The position numbers were made by a program, and so were the translations under genes. Shown piece by piece: positions 35,901 to 49,167 of a stretch of 64,000 nucleotides of DNA; position 1 is the stretch's first letter, and each line of letters starts with the position of its first letter. Origin of the DNA: Dicyema japonicum (lineage: Eukaryota; Animalia; Dicyemida); assembly GCA_011109175.1 (NCBI GenBank), contig RDEW01000001.1, forward strand, positions 5,724 through 69,723. Direction: 5' to 3'. The notes beneath the pieces were generated by a model, which made no database searches, was not told the DNA's origin, and worked only from the letters and a program-made list of their open reading frames with translations.

Positions 35901-37231
35901 TTAATTTGTGGATCTGAGAAATTAATAGTCTTATTGTAGGCGTATTTTGTTGGGTGGGTAGTAAATTTGGAGTGTTTGTAATAGCTTACTCGAAATCTCG
36001 CAATGACCATCTTATGGTCAGTGTCAATGGAAGAACCTCCGTAAGATCTCGCATTTGTCAATAATCTCTTATCTTTGCATCGACATATTATATAATCGAT
36101 CTGGTTAAAAATATTGATTATTTCTCCGTTCTTTTTCTTGGTTGTCCCACACCAAGTCGTCATATGTCTTGCAGCGTGAGCGAATGCTGTATTACATAAG
36201 AACAAATCGTTTGACCGACAGAAGTTTCCTTACAGCGTTCCAGGAAGGTTTCTTTTCCCCCTGCTGAATCTCCCCAAGAACGTTTCGTCGGTATCTGTTC
36301 TCCTCCCCACCTTGGCGTTCATATCACCAGCTATAAATAAAAGTGCGGAGTCGGCCAATTCTAAATATAAATCTGAGTAGAAGTCATCAAATAGAGCCGG
36401 ATCTTTGTTAATCCAACCACTGTGAGGTGCGTATACATTGATAATGGAGACAATGTCAGTGCTTGCTTTGGCATTCATGAACTTCATTGTAGAACTCCGA
36501 TGCGGTCATTAAACTGCCCATACTCTCTAAAGATGGGGGAAAAATTCCATTTTGATGGCAAAACCCAGTCCATAGTTCCTGTTGACAGTCGGGAGAAAGA
36601 TCAATTTGAATTTATCACATGTTTCTTCGTGGTTATCTTGGATTTTGATTTCCTGTAGGCAACCGATTGCGACATCGTAATTATGTAGGTCTTGACAGAG
36701 GGAGGTCCTTTTCCAAGAAGAGGTTAGGCCTCGTACGTTGAATGAGAGAAGCGAGAATTTCTCCAAAAGATAAGGTTCGTACTTTTCAGACATGTTAATA
36801 CTTTATTAGAGCCACGTCACCAGCTCAACCAAACCTGACTGTATATCCTTGCAAATTCTGATCTTTTCACTTTGATTTAGTTTTCTAAGCATTCACTTTC
36901 TAAAATTTATAGAATAACTTTAAAATTGATAATTACAATTCCTTACCAGGTTAATTGGTTAACTAACTAACTTACCAGGTTAAATAAGTTTTAAAATTAT
37001 TGATAATAAATTTGGTAAAACAGGTTGGAATAAATAAATAATAAATCAAAATTTATAGAAATATATTAATGAATCGTTTATAATAATATAAATTATTCCC
37101 AGTAGGGGGTTTATTTCTTTAAAAATCATCGTATTTTATAGAGATGGCGAAAATATTTCCCCAAAAGCAAGGTTTTCCCCAAAAAGAGGGTTTCCCCGCT
37201 ACTTAAGTTTCCCCAATTCTGGGTCGCACTG
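32935..37231 (-). mobile_element. Tigger/pogo transposon (same family as 4830-6501), longer DDE, interrupted by retrotransposon
   Basis: HTH (33524-33718), DDE ORF 33077-33472 (CNETALFYK..KERLTL..CCSYTGEK..AWMT..LLINNATCH), continuing NVDVIFFPKNTT..IQPCDQ; TIR end GGGTCGCACTG|TA at 37221-37233. Confidence 0.88.
33860..36831 (-). mobile_element. Near full-length RTE-like non-LTR retrotransposon (APE endonuclease + RT), frameshifted, with TSD
   Basis: ATG 36793; APE motifs FNVRGL, CLQEI, INVYAP, GDMNAKVG, QIDYI, TDH; RT motifs GPDG, LRPIIL, GFREGRST, DISKAFDSV, GTPQGDPLSP, YADD; (TAA)-like tail; TSD AATCTGACTGTAT 33847-33859 / AACCTGACTGTAT 36832-36844. Confidence 0.95.
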
Positions 37232-37679
37232 TATTTCTACCAGCCTCCCCAGTCAAATAACTAACACAAATTAGTGACACTAATAATACTTCCTTACCTT
37301 CAGCTTTAAATTTAGAAATTGACGTGCTCTTATTGTCTTTGTGTACACAGCAATGACGTGGGATTTTCTAAAAGTGGCAGATTGGAATCTAGCTGATTCG
37401 GGATGATTAATGTTTTTTCGGCATGTGTGAAGCATCTAAATTTAGGCCAATCTTACCTTTCGCCAAGGTTAATGAGCTACTCCAAATGATTTCAGAGTTC
37501 CGTCTATGGTTTGGAAAAAAATTAAAAATTACTAATGCACTAAAAACCAGAATTTTCGGTTTTTCGAATTTTTTTGAATATTTAAATCTTTATTTTTATA
37601 TATTTTTTCTAATATTTGAAATCTCGGAATTATATTTTAGTATTTTTAATTCCCATTAATTTAATAATTTCTGGAGAGA

Positions 37680-38570
37680 TTGCTTATCGATCGGTCTTGC
37701 GAATCCCATTACTGTTGTGCGTGGAAGTCAGAGCGAATGCGAAGTAGAGGTTCATGTGGTTAGGAAGTTCGCCAGGCTGTAATCTGAAGTTTATGATAGC
37801 TTCCCTTTTCAAATTGGATCTGCGAAACACTTTCAACTCAGTTAGAAAGATGTCATCTTGACGTTAGCTTAAAAAGAACGCCAAAATATTCTTTTGTCAA
37901 CCAATCATATTCGAGTCTTCCTTGACAGATTGATCCTGGACAGGTGTGTTGGACTTTTAATGCTCAAAACTGTCTTCTGCTTTCCAAAATGCTTTTCAAC
38001 TTCCTAAGTTAACTTTGATATGATGAAGAGGATCTCCTATTTTCCTTAATGCTGAAATTAAGTCAACACTCGAAGCGACTATGGACGTAATTATTAATGT
38101 TCTGGAGGGCGGTGCTAATTAGAAAGCGTATTCGAGACGTGCCTTTAAAAAAAGAGGAAATAACTTGAGAGCACTGGGAGATGAGAAGAATTACATTCCT
38201 CAAAACGTCTAGCTGCCATTCAGCAGATGTCTGGCTGAACGCCTATCTTTGTGCTGAGATTGGCAACCTGCTGCATGATGAGCGATAATAGCAGCCTCGC
38301 TACATCTTAGTATGTGCGGAGCGAAAATGTCGTTGTGGACGTTTGATCGATCCATACGGCTACCATCCACTGTCGTGTAGGTTGAACACTGACCGAATTC
38401 CAAGGCATGCCTATCTCAACGTGACGTTGAAAAAGCCACATTCTTCTGCTGGTTACCACTGTATTTTGGAGACGATTGGTCTCATCAGAGACGATGACAA
38501 ACGCCTCTACGGGTTGACATCATTTCCTTCGATAATGGTCGGAACATGGTTTGGCTTCAACAAGACATAA
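37680..38570 (+). mobile_element. Degenerate CRE-like non-LTR fragment, copy C
   Basis: ORF 38343-38570 H.LSC..RH..LETIGLIRDDDKR; homologous to 6960-7850. Confidence 0.7.
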
Positions 38571-40219
38571 GTTGTAAAGTACAAGATTATCTAAGAGATC
38601 GAGTTCCACAGTTTTGGAAACATTTCTTTAATCCTTAATTCTGCCAAACCAAATGAGTTCACTGCATTTTCCTATGATGACGAGCGAATACGTGAATTTA
38701 ATTTTAAACCTCAGTATGATATATAGACGTATGTACGTTTCATCCGCATCAATGCAAAATTTCTTGAATAGTCGGTCATATTTACTGTTCGATTTTTTTT
38801 ATTTATAGTTTTTTCTCAAATATTTAAGTTCACTAAACAATCTTGGAAACAAATTATGTCGATAAAGAACACTGTGCACACAAATTATTCATGGGCATGA
38901 TTTTTAAAAATACTGTAAAGCCTTTGAATTTTCTTTTTAAACTTGGTTCCTCAAACCGGGGTCATAGTGTGTATCAATACCATCTAATTTAACTGTCTAC
39001 ACATTGAATATCTTAAGGATGAAGAATTGGCAAGGTTGTGCGTGGTCGGACACGTAATGCCTAATAGGCAGTCAATTGAGAAACAAGATTCTATCACCAA
39101 GTTTGCAGGGGCTGCTGGGTTGAGTCTCTTGATATGTCCAAATAGACGCCAGCGGCCTTAGTGACATCAATACTTAATTAATTCACAATATTAGCTGGTC
39201 TATTTTTGTAAAACATGCATGTTGCTTAGACTTCAATTCCTTGAGTGTTTATACACGCAGTAGGCCCTCTTATTTATTACAATAGTTAGGTTTATAATAT
39301 CTTTTTGTGTTGTACTCTTTCGGTGTGAGAATACTGTTCTGTCAAACTAAGCAATGTATCTTTGCAATAACCATTATTCAAAATTACTGCAGTTCACAGT
39401 TTTCTTGAAATACCCGTTTTTCCTCTCAGATGAAGATACCATTATAAATGAGGTCAGTTTGCCCAATGCTTTATAAAGAAAATATAACCGACACGTTTAC
39501 ACAAAATACAATTTATTATTTGTTTAAATTTGTCAAAAATGATTGTCAATTTCAATATCATGCTATGTACGTAAGGGCTCTGTTCCGCTAAACATGTGGA
39601 AGCACGCACCCTGTAGGAGAGTATCGTTGTTCTGGTATATAAGGACGAGCGTAAAGTTTAAGCGTTTTCTATTAGTGTTGATCAAAGTAGTAAGAGAGAA
39701 AATGAGGAAAACTTCCTGAAAAAAGATGCTATCTTTGACTCGAATGTAGCAGTACGCAATGAACCATAAAAGGGGTCTGTCGCTGAATCAGAGTCTAATC
39801 TATGACACGAGTTGCGGTAACAAGTTTCAAAATAATACCCCCTTTACTTTCTTTGCTAGTAAAGTTTGTTAAGCTAAAAGTTAAGAGCATGATCGTATTC
39901 TGACGACGAAGAACACTCATAAGCGGGGCCTGTCGATTTGACGCCATTGACAGAAATCCACTGCTTTTCTCTGATAGTCTTTTTTAATCCCTTCAACCAA
40001 TTTCGTCGACGTTAGCCATAATTTTCAAATACTAACAACCGTCAAAGTAGTCAGTCTCAAATAACATAATTCTTGAAGCTTCCACGCTTGAACAATTCTC
40101 ATTGACTTAATTTTGAAGATAACAAATAGTTTTTGTGTTTGGTACGAAATGCAGCTACAGACATGGTTTTCAGATAAATTTAAATCAAGCTCTCAATTCT
40201 CACTAACTTTTTAGATTTC

Positions 40220-41620
40220 CTCAAAGTTCCCATTTGAGTAATTGCTACTACCACCAAGATCTGCACTAGAGAGCAGCTCCACCAGTACTCACATACATGA
40301 CTTCTGCACTACCTCCACGCTCTCCTACTCGTTGTGGCCTATCTTTAGCAAGTTAAACTTACATTGCCACAACGGCCCGGTATAGTCAGACGCTACAGCG
40401 CCATCCATTTTCAAGGCCAGTTAATTCGACTGGTTAGTAATTACACACTAGAGGCTTCCAACTACTAAGGTCACCTTCCTGTTGTCATAATCAAGTGACA
40501 CTTTTTATGGTATCCTGTGTGCGTATAGTCAAGCACCTTAACCAGACGTTTGGTTCATCCCACAGAATCAGTCATGATTACCATAATTTGCCCAATTGGC
40601 ACCCTTATTTTACGTATGACTACACTCAAGTTAGTCACACTTCTCACACGTTTAAAGTTTGAGAATAGTTTGCACCCATATAAGCACAAATCCTCAAATC
40701 ATTCGCTTTAACATATGAAACTAGTCTCGAGCGCCAGCTATCCTGAGATAAATTTCGGAGAGAACCAGCTACTAAATGGCTCGATTAGTATTTCGCCCCT
40801 ATACCCAGCTTCGACAATCGATTTGTACGTCAGAACCGCGATAGACCTCCACCAGTGTTTCTACAGGCTTCACCTTAACCAGGTATAGTTCGCCATATTT
40901 CGGGTCTTAACGCATTAGCTAACACTCCCTACTAAACCGTAGTTACAACTAGGTTCGTATGTTGCCGAATATATCGTCACATCCAGTTACTTTCATTACA
41001 CCCCATGGAATAACTCAATTAGACTTGCTAAAACGGTAATCTCCTTGGTCCGTGTTGCAAGACGGGTCGGATAAAACACCCTTGCAATCAAGCAAATGCC
41101 AATCCTCAGTGCTTACAAGTTGGTTATAAAATGCAGTTATTAAATAGAAAGCAACTAATGTTACTACCCATCAAACACACAGGCAAACATAACCAACTAA
41201 AACACTCATTACAGCTGTTAATTGAACTAGAGTATCGAACAACATCAGGACTCTATCCGCTTCCTACTAAACGGTTTCACGCACTTTTAACCCTTTTCTC
41301 AAAGTTCTTTTCTACTTTTCCTCACGGTACTTCTCCGTTATCGAACTCGTGCATTTATTTAGTTTAGGTGAAGCTTTGCACCCACTTTGGCTTGCACTCA
41401 CAAGCAAGCTGACTCTAACGACACTCGCAAATGAATATACCAGGCTACTACAGGCCTATGGGATACCTGTATAAAACTCTAAAACTCATTTTGTTCAATT
41501 GTAAGCCGTTTTTAAGAAATTGTTATTTATTAATGAGTTCTAGCTGGAAGTTCCATCTTAGGAGACTTTACCTTACTAAGATTGACTTAATTAGCAGTAT
41601 CCGTAATTAATGAACACTCA
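40220..41620 (-). rRNA. 28S/LSU rRNA 5'-half fragment, copy C (probable pseudogene)
   Basis: Same LSU motifs and same truncation point as copy B. Confidence 0.88.
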
Positions 41621-41987
41621 GATAATGTCCCGCTATTCTTGAAAATACAACAGAGTTGAGAACACGTACTTGCCGAAATCGGTTTAGCCCGCTATACTTG
41701 ATCTTCAATAACTGCCATAATATCAGTCTTTTATACTTGAATTCTTTAAGCATCTACGCAGGAGATGGACCAACGCAACATCTCTTCCATCTAAAATATC
41801 TTTCTTATTTGGGCATTCTACTCCACATATAGATGATCCAAAGAGCTAGTAAACAACACGGCTTTCTCTACAGTATTAAATAACATGAATAATTCTATTT
41901 GTCAAAGCATCTGACATTCTGAAAATCCAATTTGTCCTCGATCTACCAATGTAGGCCATCAACAAACAAAATTACGATTATTATTTA

Positions 41988-42414
41988 TTTATTTAATAAC
42001 CCCGAAAAGGGAACACCAAGAAAGAAGGAGTAATCCAACTAATTAAGTGATCCCGGTACGCCTCAACAGGATCGAGAGGTTTTTCCTGTGTTCCTCCAGA
42101 GTACCCACGGCTTTCCTGAATAAACGACGATCATCTTTCATTAGGGTTTGAAGAGGAGTGGGGTTTTTCCCCAAATTTCGTGTATTTGAAGCCTTTAGCC
42201 CTGAATGGAAAAAACGACTTGTTTCTTGGCCACACAGACAGATGAAGCCGGAGCCATTATTTTTGATTGCGGCGTGGTCAAGCATTGGAGAAAAGATCGG
42301 GGGTAGATTCGTTTGACGTGCTAGTTTTCCAATTAGGGTATTGATCTTGAGTGAATTTGATATCGAAGCTCCATAGGCCCATGAGGCACAAGCGTACTCA
42401 ATCGTCGGTTTTAG
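41988..42414 (-). mobile_element. 5'-truncated non-LTR (I/Jockey-like) insertion, present only in copy C
   Basis: 12 bp TSD GATTATTATTTA (41976-41987 / 42415-42426); empty site at ~12003-12014 in copy B; C.CG.ET C-terminal motif; (TAAA)n tail. Confidence 0.85.
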
Positions 42415-42528
42415 GATTATTATTTACCTGAAACAAAAATCAAACTACCACGTGAGTGCAAAATGCTTAGTTTCAAAGAAATATATAAATTTAATATTAA
42501 TTATTCTAGAATCGATTTTTAATTTGAT

Positions 42529-42815
42529 TTGCATTTAATTTATAAGTTCAGGTCAGGTCATAATTCCAAACAAGCAGAGGATCAGAAGAAAAGGAAGTAC
42601 CGAAGCATTTCGGAGGATTACTTGTTTCTCCCATTTTTTGTTGAGAGGTCAGAAATCCTTGTCCCACAAGCGAACAATGAAGTCCCTCTGATCGGGTCAA
42701 TGATCCATAGGGTCACCAAGGATCCAAATAAGACTGGATAAATTTGAGAGCGTATCTCGATAGCCATTATCAGAGGATACAGCCTAGCCATTAAAGCTCT
42801 CTAAATTAAGTGCTC
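42529..42815 (+). mobile_element. CRE-like C-terminal fragment (copy of 12116-12400)
   Basis: AEDQKKRKY..ERISIAI. Confidence 0.65.
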
Positions 42816-43123
42816 TTTTGATTCTTTAATATTTGATTATTTAAAGTTTCAATTGATTTATTTTAAAGTCGTGAGACACTAAATATCACATGGGATCTTA
42901 GTTGGCCTTTAGCCCCGGCAAAACAGGAGACCACGTTACTTAGTCAGGCTACTTAGTCACTTTAGTTTGGGCATCAGCACTGGCTACGCACTTAAGTATT
43001 GTCAACACGCTGGTTGATTGCTGTAGGACTGTGACAAGTTTGGAAGATATTCTAATTCCCAAAGCTATGCCTTTCCGTAGATTTATTATGAATACATAAT
43101 TTTAAAAAATACTTTAGACTATT

Positions 43124-44134
43124 TTGCCATGGCAGATATGCAGAAAACTGCAGTTCTTTCAGCTCGGATCAGAATAATCCTCGCATCTGCGTTTCTTGTG
43201 ATCATTTTTTATTTAGTCACGGTATTCCCCCAATATTATTTCTAGTAAATTTTGAAGGTTGTCACCCCTTGGTGACCTGTTCTGTAACATTTGACTTTAT
43301 TTTAATAAATAACAGTAAAATCCCGCCTAATCTGTTGCCTTTTTGCCGATTCATGGCACTGCTATACAGACATGACCAACTATTGGAGAGGATCTCCAGA
43401 TTTGGGTGGACGAGTGAAATGATGATTCGAAGTTTCGAGGTAAAGTACAATTTTGGATTCTAGAATGTTCCAAATTCCCTCCCATCTACGATATCATCCG
43501 AAGAGGAGAAACTGATTTTGGAGAAGATTGAGTCCATCAACTTAGCTAACTACGTCGAGAACATTCAAAATAATTGCCACAACCAAACAATCTTGAATAT
43601 TCAGAATTTCAGAAATATTTTACTGAGTCTGACTTGCCAATTTTACAATTTGTTAACTTGGATGTTCAAAACAAAAATTTTATCATTTTGGACCAAAACC
43701 TGTCCAATTTAAGAAGTTTTCTGCCAAACAGCGTGGAACCTCAGAAATTTCCCAATTCTGTTCCGGAAAACAACAATTTTCAGATTCAGACCCAAAATAT
43801 GTCCAATAACACTGCATATTCAGCAGATTTGGTTCAAATGGAAAAAATAAGCAAAAATTACTATGGCGGAATCATCGAAGAGTCCGGAAAGAAGAGAATT
43901 GTCTGCAAATGTTGTGAAAAGACATTCTGTGATAGAGGAGCCTTAAAAATCCACGTGAGTGCGATTCATCTGCATGAAAATCATTTTTGTACAGTTCCTG
44001 GATGCAACATGAGTTTCTCTTCCAGAAGAAGTCGAAATCGCCACAGTTCTAACCCAAACCCTAGATTGCACAATTCTTCCCGATATTCTCGCCAAAGAAC
44101 CCAAAACAAACTAAAATTGGATGATAATTTATAA
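43124..44134 (+). CDS. BNC: Basonuclin/disco-like zinc-finger, copy 2 (frameshifts near 43145 and 43655)
   Basis: Near-identical to 14236-15245; fingers [37 protein letters not shown]. Confidence 0.8.
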
Positions 44135-46125
44135 CTAATTTTTCATTTAAATGAATAAGCCCATCGTTAAACCATAACATTTTATTTAATATTTCTGACG
44201 GAGATTGTTAGCTGGTTGTGCGATTCACAAACATGCAGAGTCTTTGACTTCCAGTATGTCTGGTTTGAAGACGATGGGTTTCCCGATTGACTTACGATGT
44301 CCCCATTTGGGAATTACAAAGAGTAAGAGACCCGATTGACTGGCAGTGTCCCCATTAAAGAATGGCAGAATGTAGGTGGTCGTGATGGGATAAAATCCAC
44401 TGGAAACTAAAAATGGTATTATTAGAACTTCCACGAAAGTCATTTATTGACATCGAATTTGGAAGTCAATTTCTTCCACATTTCTATTATCTACGGTTCT
44501 TATTGTGTCCAGGACGTCAGCGGATTTTAATTCTCACTTTACAATTATATATCCTTTTGTAAAACGAATCTCAAAGTTATCCTAGACTTTCCACAAAAAC
44601 GGCGAAAGAGTAGTCTTCCATTGCTCCGTTAGGTCAACTCCATCTTCAGGATGTGCCAGCGATATTCTATCATCTTACATCCCCATTTCTTGTAGATTCT
44701 TTTGTATGAGATCCTGATGAGAGAACCGATCATCAAGTTAATCACTTATTAACATAAATTAAAAATGTGCTTAATTACTCTTAAATTCGTGTATTAGTAA
44801 TTCATCCTGACAAGTTTATAATCTAACACCATATAATTGATTGATCGGATAACAGTGTCATTTTGGAGTTTGACTGGGAGTAAATTGGCTAAGCGATAAA
44901 GGCAATGTCCAAAATGAGCTCGGGAGGACCAGAGGGACAGTAAAACTCATGTTATTAGAATGTCAAGTATGTATTAAAATCGCGATAATTTTACCTATCG
45001 AGCATTTTCGTTAAAGCTTCAGGTTAAGGTGGCAGATACGTTGGCCAATAAAAAATCAGTCTGTAACGCTCAGGTGTATATAGCGACTTGCATTTTAAAT
45101 GCATCTGATAGGTCTTCCTTATTACCACAGAGTCCTCCTACTATGAGTAGCTTCAAGGTGTCATTGAAATAAATAATTAAATATTATTTTTGTTTAATAA
45201 TTTTTCCTGTTCACTCAGTCACATGTGCTTCTCATGACACATCGAAAATTCTCTGGTAAAATGTGAGGTTAACCTACTTAAAAGCATTTCAGAGATATGG
45301 AAGATCTCATCACCCTATCGAAGAAAAATGTAAATACAGTTCATCGAGGCATGTAATTCTTACTTGTGAGCTTAGTGAGATCCATTCATCTTATTGACAA
45401 ATGTCGAGAAAATAACGACAAAAGGACGCACATAGTAAATGAGTAGTCGATCATTGGAGAGAACCACTGTTTTTACTAGGGACCGAAGCGTTTCGATTCA
45501 AGATAGAGAACTGAAAGTAAAAATGATCGAGGTAGTATTTTCATGATAGTTATATGAACATCGATTTCGGATGCGATTTACTATGCAGTCTCCTAAAAAG
45601 TAGAATTTACGGAATTTCGAGACTTGAGCTCGACAAAGTTGTTAAAAAGTGTTTCCACTGTCAGTCGAAAAAGCTAATGGCTACTAAGCCTGCGATTAAA
45701 CCTATCCTTGCCGGAAAACCTTGAGATGCTGAAAAAACGAAATTAATTAATAAGTAACTAAATGAATGAATTCTTTCCATATTATGTAAGATGTTATTAT
45801 AGAGTTTTTTTTTTTTTCTAAGTTGAGTGCCAAAAATAAAAAAATTGTCTTGTGTTTATTCCATTGATTTATTTTAATAAAAATAATCAAATGGAAAAAT
45901 AATTTTTCTATATAATTAAATAAATTTCTGAATTTTAGATTTAAACTAAATTAGGGAATAATTTTCACTTACTTATTGAAAAAGAACCTTAAAGTATTAG
46001 TTTAGTTATTCAGTTAGTAAAAAAGCACTTCCACATTTTCCATAAACATATGAATACGTGGCTTTCGCTTTACATTATTCCATACTATTTTTTCAGCTAG
46101 TTTTAAGTATCCATCATCTGCGCCT

Positions 46126-47920
46126 TAACACAAATGTTGAACATTATGGTAAAGTTATTAGACACTGACAAATTTATTTAACTATTATTGAACACGTCGA
46201 AAAACCATGTTAATTGTGTGAATTTAATTAAATTATTTTTTTTATTTTATTTATTAATAAAATTAGAATTATTTATAACGACAGTAATTTATTGTTTCAT
46301 GTTGTACTTCTCATTTTACATTTTGACAACACAGAAAAATTGCCAAAACGAAGTAATGGATCGTGGTTCTCTGTATAAAACAATGATTATTCAGAACTGG
46401 AATGAATGTCAATTTTCTGGCGTATACTCTGATTCTCAAATATATGAATTAAGATTACATTAAATTTCAACATGATGTCAATTTTTCAGTTAAGGGAATG
46501 AAATTACAGAATGTGTATTAAATATTAATTATTCATAGTAACTGTCAGAATCATGAGTTTAAAATATGTAAACAACCAAATCTTAAAATCCCATCTAGCA
46601 TTTACGACTTGTTATATATATTTTTATAGTATAGACTTTTGCAAGTATGTAATTCCTTCACATTCATAACAATCGATTTTGCGGAACATTTATCATTCTC
46701 AAATATGTCTACATTTTTTTGTAATTTACGTAGCATCTTTCCTCAAAGAATAAAAGTTATTCAAATTTGTAGAATTGGTTCTAATTTTGTTGAATTGCAT
46801 AAGTATGTTAATAATATAGTGTTATCGTGTGCAAGAATCCATTTGATAATCCAGAGGCGTATGATATCATATTTAGTATAGACATATGGCACAACCTCGT
46901 CATTCAATACATATTGAAGATAATCACTTGTAGATGTTCGAAAGTAATACATTTAGAGTAGGCAACACGCGATAGAAGAAACACGTAATTAGTAATGTAT
47001 TTCAGACTGCAGTGCCATTAGGGACAAGAACAATGTAGTTTGGCATTTGCGGAGTTTAATACAACATTTAAACTAACCTGATCGGTTATTTTTAGGGATA
47101 TAAATTGGTGTTAATTAATTGAAATCGTGATTTAAATAATATCCTGATTCGCTCTCTTGCCTCGGATAGAATAATATCATTTCAAAATCGATGAAGGAAT
47201 TAATCGAATGATTGGTGTTAAAAAATGGACAGTTTTCCTCAGATTTATGCAGAATGATGTGAGCATTATCACAATTCATATAGGGACTTTAATCACAAGC
47301 TTTGCTCTCACATGCTTACTGTCACAAGGAAGATTAATATTTTCAAACAGTTGAGAACGATGATGGGACTATTGAGTCTATTAGGAACATCTTCATTTCA
47401 CCGCGATTACTACAATATAATCCAAAATCGAACCATCTTAACACAAAAGTTCATACAACTCCTTGTGGAAGATTCAGATAGGATCAAAAGATCAAAACAC
47501 ACACAAGGAAGTTTATCTTCCCTACCCATAAAGATCACAGTAAAACGAAACACTTGGGACTCCAGGCGTTATTGGTTACAACGAAGATATCAACGATCTA
47601 TTACTTCTTCGTCTTGGCAATTTTTATGTGTTGTCAGAACGTAAAATGAGAAGTTCAAATGATAAAAGTGAACAGCTATAAGATTAAACATCAAAATAAT
47701 GAATTTACGTGTAACAACAAGAAATTAGCAGTCGTCTTAAATAATATTAATTTTATTAATAAATAAAATTAAAAAATAATTTAATTAAATTCACACAATT
47801 AACATGATTTTCCGACGTGTTCAATAATTTACCATAAAGTTAAATAAATTTGTCAAAGTGTCAATAACTTGCCATAATGTCTAATAACTTTGTCAAAATG
47901 TTTAAAAATTTTGTTAAAAA
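46126..47920. mobile_element. Copy of long-TIR element (17485-19270)
   Basis: Same inverted repeats at ~46140-46365 and ~47605-47900. Confidence 0.55.
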
Positions 47921-47999
47921 ATTAATATTTTTTAATAATGATTAATTAAAAATCAATTTGCGCAAAAATCAATTTTACATGAATTCTGAAGATAGGCTA

Positions 48000-48891
48000 T
48001 AACTTTGTTTGACGAGGACAGTTTAAGGTTGATACGGGTTCTACTTTCAAAATAGAATTGAAAGTCTGGGTTGACTCTGAGCGCTCTCGCAAAATTAATA
48101 TGCCAATTGCTTTTCAGAAGGTAACTCACTCAGTTAAACAATTCTCTTGTTCAACTGAAGCTTCTTCGTGATTTAAGAATTTGTCCTCTTCTATCCAGGA
48201 ATTAATATTTGCGGATGACCTGGATTTTGTTTTCGAACTATCAATAATTTCAGAATTGCTCTTATTCATGCTCATAAGGTGTTTGGAGAGTAATTCCTTA
48301 AAATGAACGAACAAAAATCGAGGTTAATACAATCAAATGGGAAAGCAACTCACCGATGAGATTTGATGGTGAGCAAATAAAGTCTGGTCTTTGTAGCGAC
48401 CTGAAGGATGTTCAACAATATACTGAACAGACTAAAATCGACACGTCTGAGAAACGCGCATGTTAGGACAAGTAAAAGTACGACTATGCAGTGAATTCTT
48501 CCTACTCATACTGTTCTAGAACTCGGGTACGTGGGGACTAACTCAAAACATGTGTTGATAACTTAATTGCTTTCGACAGAAAACAACTAATGACTCCACT
48601 AGGAATACACTACCAAATCGTGATAAAAAACCTGGATAAAATGATTACTAAGCTCCAATGGGGATTATTTGCGCATATATTACGGATGAATCATATCGTT
48701 CCTGCATACGATATTATGGAATCATCATTTTCTGTTCAGGGCCTTTTAGAAGAAGTCAAAAAACAACTTTGGCATCAATAATGAATATCGATCTAAAATA
48801 TTCTAATGGACGCAGAGATCTAAACAACCTCCGTAAAATCGCAATCTCGATAAGAATGTGGTTGTGTCTAACAGTCTCAAAGGTAATATAG
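48000..48891 (+). mobile_element. Degenerate RTE-like RT relic (copy of 19340-20183, extends further 3')
   Basis: ELIFADDLDF, LQWGLFAHILR, DLNNLRKIAISIRMWLCLT. Confidence 0.65.
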
Positions 48892-49167
48892 CCCACTATT
48901 TTATCGAACTACACCTTCAGGCCTTCCGGATAGAAAATTTCGGATCTATCAACCTCAACGAGATTATAGTCCAAGCTTGCATAAGATTAATTCTGATGTG
49001 TCGTCATCAACGTCAATCACAACCAATTAATGCTGAAACGCGAGCTCTAAAAAAACGAAAAATAATCTGAAGAACCTCTAAAGATAATATGTGGAAGAAC
49101 TGAAAGGATATCAAAACCAAATAAAGAAATCACGCGGAACATAACAAAATACTAAAGAACAACAAAG

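Larger units (their letters stand above)
36845..48849 (+). repeat. Segmental duplication unit, copy C (direct partner 6134-20183)
   Basis: Collinear with copy B; lacks B 8493-9330, ~12420-13900 and ~16280-16490; has an extra 41988-42414 insertion. Confidence 0.93.
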
